A program made the translations under genes and the position numbers. The notes beneath the pieces are model-generated. The model had not been told where the DNA came from, did no database searches, and worked only from the letters and a program-made list of their open reading frames with translations. Positions 17,686-26,065 of a stretch of DNA of 64,000 nt are shown in pieces. Position 1 is the stretch's first letter, and every line of letters begins with the position of its first letter. The stretch is taken from assembly GCA_965216215.1 (NCBI GenBank), contig CBDCFO010000007.1, positions 454,325-518,324 of the forward strand, read 5' to 3'. Source of the stretch: Bryobacterales bacterium (GTDB lineage: Bacteria; Acidobacteriota; Terriglobia; Bryobacterales; UBA6623).

Positions 17686-17920
17686 CGATTCGCCTGCGCG
17701 TAGCTCACTCCCATCAGCTCCGCCGCTTCGCGCAGCTTCAATTCCTTCCGCTCAACCCTGCTCAGCACCTCGTGACGCTTCAACCCGATTGCGGTCAACT
17801 CTGTTCTGCGCATTCTAGCCCTCCTTTGAGAGGGCTAGCTTAGGGGCACCACTCACTTCAAAATCCTAACGAGGGCTCACTTTCAAATCGGCACAACACA
17901 CCGGACACCTTTCAACCCGC
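17616..17920 (-). mobile_element. IS remnant: transposase N-terminal HTH fragment (65 codons) plus upstream end sequence
   Basis: ORF 17616..17813 (KLREAAELMGVSYAQANRWRRRHREAGA...) is the HTH lead-in typical of rve-type transposases but stops after 65 aa. A strong SD (AAGGAGGG) lies inside a 9-bp perfect hairpin (17815..17838). Three direct copies of TTGAAAGTG-like motifs sit upstream. Confidence 0.5.
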
Positions 17921-18025
17921 CCACGCGACGAAGGGCCGGGTCCGGCGAATAGCGGGTTCAGGTCCATCCGGCCCAGCCGGACAGGTTCACTCCGTGCCAG
18001 CACCGGTGGCGCGGGCACGGTGCCC

Positions 18026-18928
18026 TCAGGCCGCCGAGCCCTTGCTCGGCTGGAGGACTTCGATCGTCGCCGACTCCCGCAACCGGTCCACGTAGCCCTC
18101 TAGCAGCTTGGTCCGCCGCTCATCCATGATCTCCTTCTCGAGTTCGGCTTTGACGGCACTGAACGGCCGGAAGCCGGCAGGCTTGCGGTCAAGCACCTTC
18201 GCGATGTGAAACCCGAATACGGTCTGGAAGACCCCGCTTGTTTCACCGACCTGGAGATCGAAGACTTCATTCTCGAACTCAGCGACCATCTTGCCCCGGC
18301 CAAAATACCCCAGGTCGCCTCCGCCGCCTGGGCAATCCGATTGGCTGTCGGCAAGCTCCGCGAAGGTGGACCCGTCTTGGAGCTTCGCGTACAGCCGCTC
18401 TGCCGCGTCTCGGGCTTCCTGCTGCGCCACGCCCTTCTCGACGTGCTTGACAATATGTGCTGCACGGATCATCTCTTCGGTGCGAAAGCGGTCCTTGTTG
18501 CGGCGGTAAGAGTCAGCCAGTTCCTTTTGCTTGGGGGACTTCGCCCTGGATGTCAGCTCAGCAATCAATCGGTCAACCTTCAGGCGCGACTCGACGTCAG
18601 CGCGGAGCCGGTCCGGATCTATTCCTGACTCCGCGAATTTCTGGTCTCCGCCGTGCCGCTCGATGATGTCTCGAACGCTTGTCTCAACTACATCAGGATC
18701 GAGCGGCCTGGCATCCGCGAGCGCCGCTTGCCGCAGGAGCACCTGCTCGATGACGTTCTCGCGTGCCCACTCGACCGCCGTCTCTTCCAGCGCACCCGGT
18801 CTGAACTGAGGCTGTTGACGCTGCTCTTCGGTAAGCTGCTCGAAGCGCTGGCGCATCGCTTCCGCCTCGCGGCTCAGGACAGCGTCCTCAACCTGTTCTC
18901 CGTTCACGACTAACGGCATCTCGGTCAT
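18026..18928 (-). CDS. Parvulin-type peptidyl-prolyl cis-trans isomerase (SurA/PrsA-like)
   Basis: 300-aa ORF with the C-terminal rotamase signature GGDLGYFGRGKMVAEFENEVFDLQVGETSGVFQTVFGFHIAKV. Confidence 0.85.
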   Translation of the reverse strand: MTEMPLVVNGEQVEDAVLSREAEAMRQRFEQLTEEQRQQPQFRPGALEETAVEWARENVIEQVLLRQAALADARPLDPDVVETSVRDIIERHGGDQKFAESGIDPDRLRADVESRLKVDRLIAELTSRAKSPKQKELADSYRRNKDRFRTEEMIRAAHIVKHVEKGVAQQEARDAAERLYAKLQDGSTFAELADSQSDCPGGGGDLGYFGRGKMVAEFENEVFDLQVGETSGVFQTVFGFHIAKVLDRKPAGFRPFSAVKAELEKEIMDERRTKLLEGYVDRLRESATIEVLQPSKGSAA

Positions 18929-19446
18929 TCTAGCGCGGCATCCGGACCGCCACCCTCAGGCCGAGACCTGCCAGCGGAACGGGCAATCCGGGAAACACTC
19001 CCGTTGTTGCTGGCACGGAGCCTGCTGCGGACGGATGGCCACCCTACCTTCAGTTCGTTGCCCGGATTCGCTTCCGCATTTGCCCGCACCTCTCAAGAGT
19101 CTTGGATTCTGAGGCGATTGATCCATTTGGGGCGGATGGATGGCCTGGCAACGTTCCGTGGGGCATTGGATGCGAGCGGGGGCCTGGCCAGGACCGTCGA
19201 CCGGTTCCGGCGATTGCCATTCCAGGACTTGGTGGGCGGCTCGCTGCGCCCACCAATCACAACCCATGGCTTGTGCCACGGCATTGGAAGCTCGTGATCT
19301 CCGATTCGGGGACTGCGCGGAACCAACGGGTTGCTGGGCAAGCCGCACCTGGTTGCCGGGCTCCGGCCGCATACAGATAATGGAACATGAGGGCTGCGCT
19401 GAGGACCACCGGACTGGCCCAGGGCAGCGACTCGGAGAGAGAATCC

Positions 19447-20172
19447 ATGGGAATTGAGACGCGCCCGCTCGAATACGGAGACGGTGACACTACGCTGCGT
19501 GGCCAGATGGCTTGGGATCCATCCGTCTCGGAGCCGTCCCCCGGCGTGCTGGTGGCGCATGCTTGGGGCGGCTGCGGATCATTCGAGTTGCAGAAAGCAA
19601 TTGACCTCGCGAAGCTTGGGTATGTCGCGCTTGCCGTCGACATGTATGGAGACGGCGTCGTCGGCAGCGGCCCGGACGAAAACGCCCAGTTGATGGCCCC
19701 GCTCCTGAAAGACCGCGCAATACTGCAACGCCGGATGAACCAGGCGCTCGACGCACTGAAAGGTCTCGGTGGCGTTGACGAAGCTCGCACAGCCGCGATC
19801 GGCTATTGCTTCGGCGGGCTGTGCGTGCTCGATCTAGCCCGCACTGGCGCCGCGTTTCGGGCCGGGGTAAGCTTTCACGGCCTTCTGGGGCGGCCCGACA
19901 ACCTCGACGAACGTCGAATCCTGGCGAAACTCCTAGTGCTGCATGGGTGGGACGACCCAATGGCAAAGCCGCCGGAGGTCGAAGCGATTGCGGATGAGTT
20001 GACGCGAGGTGGCGCGGACTGGCAGATCCATGCGTATGGCAATGCCAAGCATGCCTTCACTAATCCCCTCGCTAACAACCACGAGATGGGCACCGTCTAT
20101 GACGCCAAAGCCGACAGGCGGTCGTGGCGCGCCATGCAAGACTTCCTTGGGGAATCGCTGACCGGGGATTAG
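19447..20172 (+). CDS. Dienelactone hydrolase family protein
   Basis: GVLVAHAWGG, nucleophile elbow IGYCFGG, and HGWDDP. Start placed at ATG 19447 (track ORF from 19387). Confidence 0.82.
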   Translation: MGIETRPLEYGDGDTTLRGQMAWDPSVSEPSPGVLVAHAWGGCGSFELQKAIDLAKLGYVALAVDMYGDGVVGSGPDENAQLMAPLLKDRAILQRRMNQALDALKGLGGVDEARTAAIGYCFGGLCVLDLARTGAAFRAGVSFHGLLGRPDNLDERRILAKLLVLHGWDDPMAKPPEVEAIADELTRGGADWQIHAYGNAKHAFTNPLANNHEMGTVYDAKADRRSWRAMQDFLGESLTGD

Positions 20173-20278
20173 CGCTCTCTGCGGTTCGGCGGCGGTGCTC
20201 GAACGACAGGGATCTCGGCACAAGTCGTCGGGCCGGGTCGCTTTGCTCGCGCAGGGAGACACCGAGCATGGGTGTGGC

Positions 20279-21739
20279 TCAGCGACGGGGGCGCAAGGGG
20301 TCGGTTGGATCCCACGCGGCCTTGTACTGCAAACCGTACCTCTGTTTCGCCTTGGCGGGATCGAATTCCGGGTTCGGGGGCGGCATCCGGGCACCAACCG
20401 AATCTCTCCATGCGGCCAGGTCGGCGCGCATTGATCGAGCCCGTTGAGGATCTGCTCCCGCCAGGTCGGTTGACTCGGCAGGATCATTGTCGAGGTTGTA
20501 GAGTTCGACATGGGAGTCCTCGAAGAACTCGAGGAGCTTCCAGGAGCCCTGCCGAATCGCGCCCATCGGGGCGGATCCGGCATTGGAATAGTGCGGGTAG
20601 TGCCAGAACAGCGCCGGCCTGTCGATCCTCCCAGTCCTCTCGAGCAGAGGTAGCAGGCTGACTCCATCGACCGTGTGTCCGGGGATGTCGGCGACACCGG
20701 CCATTTCGAGAATCGTGGGATAGAAATCCACGCTGGTGACCGGTGTGTCGTCGATCGACCCAGCTCGAATGGATTCGGGCCAGCGTACGATCAGTGGCTC
20801 CCGAATTCCGCCCTCCCAGACGAAACCCTTGCCGGATCGGAAGCCTCCATTGAACGCTCTCTGCGGCACGCCGCCGTTGTCGGAAAAGAAGAAGACGGCG
20901 GTGTTTGCATCAAGCCCGAGTTGCTTCAACTTGGCCATCAGTCGCTGGACCGAGCGGTCCACGCCCTCAACCATCGCGGCGTAAACGGCGTGATCACGGC
21001 CGCTCGGATCGTGGCGGCCGGCATAGGCATCGATCAATTCGGGCTTGGCTTGAATCGGTCCGTGAACCGAGTAATAGGACAGGTAAAGGAAGAACGGAGT
21101 GTCCCGGTTCCGCTCGATGAACCGTTCGGCGGCGTCTGTGAGCCCGTCCGTGAGATAGTCCCCTTCCCTCGCACCAGGCACGGTGATGAATCCGTGCGGG
21201 GCGAACATCGTGGAGTGGGCCCCCCAATGTCCCGACGCGAAGCTCTCGCCGAATCCACGCCGCTCCGGGCCGTAGTCGCCCCCGCCCAAGTGCCACTTCC
21301 CGACGCAGGCCGTCGTGTACCCTGCTCTGGCCAGCGGTTCGGCAAGAATCGGCTCGTCGAGCGGTAGCCCGGTCGGCAGTTCAGGCTGCAACATCTTCGC
21401 GTGAGGCAGGACATTGCCGGGCAAGTACTGGGTAACGCCCGTCCGGGCAGGCCAGCGTCCGGTCAGAATGCTTCCCCGGGTCGGCGAGCAATTCGGGGCA
21501 GCGGCATACGCGTCGGTGAAACGGATGCCCTCCGCCGCCAACCGATCAATGTTCGGGGTGCGGTGGTAGGTGTTTCCGTAGGCGCCGATGTCGGCATAGC
21601 CCATGTCGTCCAGCAGCAGGAATATGATGTTGGGGCGCTCGTCGCTAGCGGTTGCAGACTGAGCGTGCACGGGCGAGCTGGAGGCTGCCAATACCAGCAC
21701 TGTGATCGACGCAAAGTAAACCGTAAGTGTCCTGAACAT
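20279..21739 (-). CDS. Arylsulfatase (Cys-type, formylglycine-dependent)
   Basis: 486-aa ORF with a signal peptide, IIFLLLDDMGYADIG, and the sulfatase signature CSPTRGSILTGR (C-x-P-x-R). Confidence 0.9.
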   Translation of the reverse strand: MFRTLTVYFASITVLVLAASSSPVHAQSATASDERPNIIFLLLDDMGYADIGAYGNTYHRTPNIDRLAAEGIRFTDAYAAAPNCSPTRGSILTGRWPARTGVTQYLPGNVLPHAKMLQPELPTGLPLDEPILAEPLARAGYTTACVGKWHLGGGDYGPERRGFGESFASGHWGAHSTMFAPHGFITVPGAREGDYLTDGLTDAAERFIERNRDTPFFLYLSYYSVHGPIQAKPELIDAYAGRHDPSGRDHAVYAAMVEGVDRSVQRLMAKLKQLGLDANTAVFFFSDNGGVPQRAFNGGFRSGKGFVWEGGIREPLIVRWPESIRAGSIDDTPVTSVDFYPTILEMAGVADIPGHTVDGVSLLPLLERTGRIDRPALFWHYPHYSNAGSAPMGAIRQGSWKLLEFFEDSHVELYNLDNDPAESTDLAGADPQRARSMRADLAAWRDSVGARMPPPNPEFDPAKAKQRYGLQYKAAWDPTDPLRPRR

Positions 21740-22335
21740 AGCAAGAATCTAGCACCTACTAGAGAGCATACGGCTCCGGCACCAAAGTCTGACAACAAAG
21801 GGGGATGATGTGTCCGCCGATGCGCTAGCGCAAGAGCGACATGTCAACGTCGTGGCAAGAGCCCGCGCGCGCCGGCCGGCTGCACCGTCGTAACGGGTTC
21901 CCGGAAATCGGGGGGCCTCGGGACAACCCGTCCGCTGCCATCCCGCAGGGCATTCGAGCATCCGCCGAACCGGCGGGTGCCAGACCGGCAGGCGCTGCCC
22001 TTGAACCGGCCGGCCTCGAATTGGGAGCACGTTCGAGATAACCCCTTGAATTGGGTCACCTACCAGCCAAACCTGCCTGCATGGGCGACTGCGGGGCACC
22101 CCTCGTAGGATTCCTGAACCTCCCTTCGAGTTCATTCGGCATGCCGGCGCGATGGCCCCGGCCGATCAAGGTCCAAGGTCGGACCGGCATCCACTGTCAG
22201 ACAGACACAATCCTCTCGCGTCCGCCCGACCGCGCGTCGGATCGGGGTACTCCTCGACCGAGACATGTTCCGGCCAGATTCGGTGGAATCCTGTGGGCAG
22301 CCTACAGCGGGAAGCGGGGACTAACTTCCGCCGGA

Positions 22336-22426
22336 GCCACGCCCGGCGCCGAAATCGCCACGCCACGGGAATTGCTAGAGTGAGAGCCGTGCCGCGCACC
22401 TGCCGTGGCGTGTGCCGCAGTAGAAG
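22336..22426 (+). promoter_or_regulatory. Candidate expression platform in the leader of the SLC12-like transporter
   Basis: A perfect 10-bp inverted repeat, CACGCCACGG (22359..22368) and CCGTGGCGTG (22403..22412), ends 14 nt before the ATG. A second GCCACGCC copy at 22336..22343 offers an alternative pairing partner. Confidence 0.3.
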
Positions 22427-24697
22427 ATGCCATTGCTTGGCAAGAGTCTCGAACCGGCCCGCGAGAGCTCCGGCAAGTCGGCAAAGTCGGGCTACGGATT
22501 CGGGACCGCCCCCGTATTCCTCGCATCGATCTGCACGATCCTAGGAGCAATTCTCTTCCTCCGATTCGGCTACGCGGTCGGGCACGTCGGGCTGTGGGGC
22601 GCTCTAGTCATCATCATCGTCGGGCACCTCGTCACCATTCCTACTGTTCTGGCAGTGTCAGAAATCGCTACCAACCGGCGCGTGGCTGGAGGTGGCGCAT
22701 ACTTCATCATCAGCCGCTCGTTCGGTACCAGCATCGGCGGCACAATCGGCATCGCACTCTACATTTCCCAGGCAATCTCGATCGCCTTCTACCTAGTTGC
22801 GTTCGCCGAGGCGTTCCAACCAGCCTACGAGTGGCTCGCAGCTGCACACGAGTTGACTGTGGACCCGCGCTGGGTCAGCCTGCCGAGCACCGTCCTGCTC
22901 GCGATCCTGATGCTGACCAAGGGAGCCGACTTGGGCGTCCGTGCGCTGTGGGTGGTCAGCGTCATCCTCGGCGCGGCGATCGGCGCGTTTCTGCTGGGCG
23001 AGGGGCCCGAGTCGATCCAGCCGGACGGCCTCAACATCACGGCAAGCATTGAGAACGGCGATGGATTCGGCACAGTCTTTGCCACGTGCTTTCCGGCTTT
23101 CACAGGAATGATTGCGGGGCTCGGGCTATCAGGGGATCTTAAAGACCCTCAGAAAAGCATCCCTGTCGGGACGATCTCCGCGACATTGGCAGGCATGGTG
23201 ATCTACGCCATTGTCGCCGTCAAGCTGGCGGGGAGCGCCACACCGGAAGCGCTCGCAGCGGACCAGTTCGTGATGGTGCAAATCGCGATCTGGGGACCGG
23301 CGATTTACTTCGGGCTGGGCGCGGCCGCCCTGTCCTCGGCCCTAGGCTCGATCCTCGTCGCTCCCCGGACGCTGCAGGCGCTGGCGCGCGATAACGTGCT
23401 GCCAGTGCCCCAGTTGAATCGGTTGCTAAGGCAAGGCCGGGGAGACGCCCAAGAGCCGGTATACGCGACATGGGTCTCGAGCGCTATTGCAATTGTATTC
23501 GTGTTGGCAGGCGGCATCGACTTCATCGCCCAGATACTCAGCATGTTCTTCATGGTGACTTACGGCGCACTGTGCGCGGTCTCATTCCTGGAGTACTTCG
23601 CAGGTAACCCCTCCTACCGTCCAACCTTCCGTTCCCGCTGGTATTTGTCACTACTGGGAGCGGTGATGTGCGTTCTGATGATGATCCAGATGAATGTCCT
23701 GTACGCTTTCGTCTCGTTGCTACTGATGATGACGATTTACGCGGGGCTCCGGCGCTCCCGCCGGGGCGAGCGGGATCTGACAGCGATCTTCCAAGGGACG
23801 ATGTTCCAGTTGACGAGGCGGCTCCAAATCGTGCTGCAGAAGAATCGTATGGAAGGTTCGATGGGGGGCTGGCGCCCGTCGATCGTCGCCGTGACGCGGT
23901 TCGGAGAGCGCCGGCTGGGACACTTCGACCTGTTGCGATGGATCTGCCATCGGCACGGGTTCGGGCAGTTCATCCAGTTCTTTCAAGGCGAGTACTCGTT
24001 CGCTGAGGAGATCGAGGCGCGCACGCAGGTGAACGCACTGATAGAGCGAACCGAAGTGAGCGGAGCCGGCATCTTCGTCGACTCACTGATCAGCCCTTCG
24101 TTCCAGATGGCATTGGGCCAGACGCTGCAACTGCCGGGAATATCCGGGCTCCCGAACAATTGCGTCCTGCTGGAGTTCGACAAGGATCGTCCAGAAGAGA
24201 TCGACGAGGTGGCACAAGGTTCCCTGCTCGTATCGGGATCGTTCTTCAACGTCCTCGTGCTGCGGTCCACGCACTACCGATTCGGCTACCGTGCATCCAT
24301 TCACGTGTGGGTTACCGATGACAGTCTGGGGAACGCCGCAATGATGATGCTGCTCGCATACATCATCGTCGGGCACCCGGAATGGAGACGGGCGCAGATC
24401 CGTATGTTCGTGTGCTTCGAGTCCGGAGACGCCGAGCGCGAAGCGGACAAGCTCTCGAGATTGATGACCGAGGGAAGACTGCCAATCTCAAGGCAAAACG
24501 TGACAACAGTCGCATGTAGCGCCGGCGATTCGCTGGAACGCGAGGTGGAGCGGCGATCTGCGTCAGCTGACCTTGTGATCGCTGGCCTGGAAAGGTCCGA
24601 TTTCGAACCGAACTCGGCGCCTGAGGCGCTCATGCGCTACGGCGGTGCCAACGACGTGCTCTTCGTCCATTCGAGTGAGCAGATCTCGATTACCTAA
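22427..24697 (+). CDS. APC-superfamily transporter of the cation-chloride cotransporter (SLC12-like) type with a large cytoplasmic C-terminal domain
   Basis: 756-aa ORF with about 12 predicted TM segments (GTAPVFLASICTILGAILFLRFGYAVG...) followed by a soluble tail of about 300 aa. Substrate not inferable from sequence alone. Confidence 0.75.
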   Translation: MPLLGKSLEPARESSGKSAKSGYGFGTAPVFLASICTILGAILFLRFGYAVGHVGLWGALVIIIVGHLVTIPTVLAVSEIATNRRVAGGGAYFIISRSFGTSIGGTIGIALYISQAISIAFYLVAFAEAFQPAYEWLAAAHELTVDPRWVSLPSTVLLAILMLTKGADLGVRALWVVSVILGAAIGAFLLGEGPESIQPDGLNITASIENGDGFGTVFATCFPAFTGMIAGLGLSGDLKDPQKSIPVGTISATLAGMVIYAIVAVKLAGSATPEALAADQFVMVQIAIWGPAIYFGLGAAALSSALGSILVAPRTLQALARDNVLPVPQLNRLLRQGRGDAQEPVYATWVSSAIAIVFVLAGGIDFIAQILSMFFMVTYGALCAVSFLEYFAGNPSYRPTFRSRWYLSLLGAVMCVLMMIQMNVLYAFVSLLLMMTIYAGLRRSRRGERDLTAIFQGTMFQLTRRLQIVLQKNRMEGSMGGWRPSIVAVTRFGERRLGHFDLLRWICHRHGFGQFIQFFQGEYSFAEEIEARTQVNALIERTEVSGAGIFVDSLISPSFQMALGQTLQLPGISGLPNNCVLLEFDKDRPEEIDEVAQGSLLVSGSFFNVLVLRSTHYRFGYRASIHVWVTDDSLGNAAMMMLLAYIIVGHPEWRRAQIRMFVCFESGDAEREADKLSRLMTEGRLPISRQNVTTVACSAGDSLEREVERRSASADLVIAGLERSDFEPNSAPEALMRYGGANDVLFVHSSEQISIT

Positions 24698-24719
24698 CTG
24701 TCTTGGAACTCGCACCACG

Positions 24720-25784
24720 ATGAAACACGCACGGACCCTGTGGAAATGGATCGCAGCACTGGTGTGCTTGTCAGGTCTCGCCCTCGCGCTGCTGATGGCC
24801 GAACCGCCGACGGGACCCTTCTTGGTGGTGCTGTCGGATTTTCTCGTCGCGCTCTGGAACCGGCCCTTCTTCTCGGAGGCAAGCTACGGCTCCACCTTGC
24901 TGCTGGTGCTGCAAGGAACGGTGCTGGTCGTTTTTCTGTGGTTTGCGGCCAGGTTGGTAAGCAGGTCTATCCGGGTCCGGTTCCTCGACAGGATTGACCT
25001 CGACGAAGGGCATAAGTTCGCCCTGCAGCGCATCATCGCCTATTCACTGTTCGTCTTCGGCGCACTCACCGCAGTGCATGCGATCGGATTGGACGTGGGC
25101 ACCATCACCGTTTTCAGCGGCGCTCTTGGAATTGGCCTGGGACTTGGCTTCCAGACCATCGCCAAGAACTTCGCCTCGGGGTTGATCCTGCTTTTTGAGC
25201 AGCCAGTCAAGGTGGGCGACCGGGTGGAAGTGGGAGATCTTCAGGGGAACATTGTCACGATCAGGGCCCGGGCGACATGGGTTCGCACGAACGATAACGT
25301 GGTGATGATCGTCCCGAATTCGGAATTCATCGAATCGCGCGTAACGAATCTGACGCTGAACGACCGGAACGTCCGCATCAATGTGCCGCTTGGCGTGTCC
25401 TACGAAAGCGACCCAGAGCATGTCCGAGAGATCCTGCTCGAGGTCGGACAAGCCCATCCCGATGTCCTCCAAGACCCAGCACCGGACGTGATCTTCACCG
25501 GCTTCGGTGACAGTTCGCTGAACTTCGACCTCCGCGTGTGGACGACGAGGCAAGTGACGACGCCGCGAGTGATCGCCAGCGAACTGTACTTCAAGCTGTT
25601 CGCCGCGTTCAAACGAGAGGGCATTGAGATTCCATTCCCCCAACGGGACTTGCATGTGAGATCCGTCACGGACGCTCTCACAGGCCCAAGGTCCACGACT
25701 AACGCACTTGAGGCCGACCGCACCGCAGGCGGGCCTCCGGTAGTCTCGGGGCCGACCGCACCACCCGTTCCGGGATACGAATAG
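24720..25784 (+). CDS. Small-conductance mechanosensitive channel (MscS family)
   Basis: Start at ATG 24720 (MKHARTLWKWIAALV). TM3/beta-domain pattern GALGIGLGLGFQTIAKNFASGLILLFEQPVKVGDRVEVGDLQGNIVTIRARATWVRTNDN. Confidence 0.88.
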   Translation: MKHARTLWKWIAALVCLSGLALALLMAEPPTGPFLVVLSDFLVALWNRPFFSEASYGSTLLLVLQGTVLVVFLWFAARLVSRSIRVRFLDRIDLDEGHKFALQRIIAYSLFVFGALTAVHAIGLDVGTITVFSGALGIGLGLGFQTIAKNFASGLILLFEQPVKVGDRVEVGDLQGNIVTIRARATWVRTNDNVVMIVPNSEFIESRVTNLTLNDRNVRINVPLGVSYESDPEHVREILLEVGQAHPDVLQDPAPDVIFTGFGDSSLNFDLRVWTTRQVTTPRVIASELYFKLFAAFKREGIEIPFPQRDLHVRSVTDALTGPRSTTNALEADRTAGGPPVVSGPTAPPVPGYE

Positions 25785-26065
25785 ACTCGCCGTCGCCCGG
25801 TGGGAAGTGCGACCCTTACATTGAAGTCTCGTTCCAGTCAGATATCCATTGCGGGGTAGCGACATCTCGGTTGCAGCCGCGAAGGCACGCGGGTTTCGGC
25901 AGCAAACTCGGTGTAGAGAAGCGGCGTCCGATAGGCATCCGCGGTCTCTCGCTTTGTAGCTTTGGCAAGACGCTCCGGTGTGTCATACTCGGCGAACGGC
26001 CGCAGGGAGAGTTGTCCCGGCCGCGCGCCCAGGCTCCAGTCGCAGTGCGCACCCCCTAACGGCGC

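Noticed and set aside
21998-22056. An ECF-sigma-like promoter (GAACC ... CGTT) and the repeated CCCTTGAA / GAATTGGG motifs.
   Set aside because: The spacer between GAACC and CGTT is about 22 nt, too long for the usual 16-17 nt. The repeats are short. They are mentioned only as part of the leader description.
22236-22345. A c-di-AMP (ydaO-type) riboswitch upstream of the ion transporter, based on GGTGGAATCC, CGGGGTAC and GGGGACTAAC resembling conserved ydaO blocks.
   Set aside because: Only short, imperfect matches recalled from memory. The spacing differs from the B. subtilis example and I could not build the pseudo-two-fold architecture. It needs cmsearch and is not claimed.
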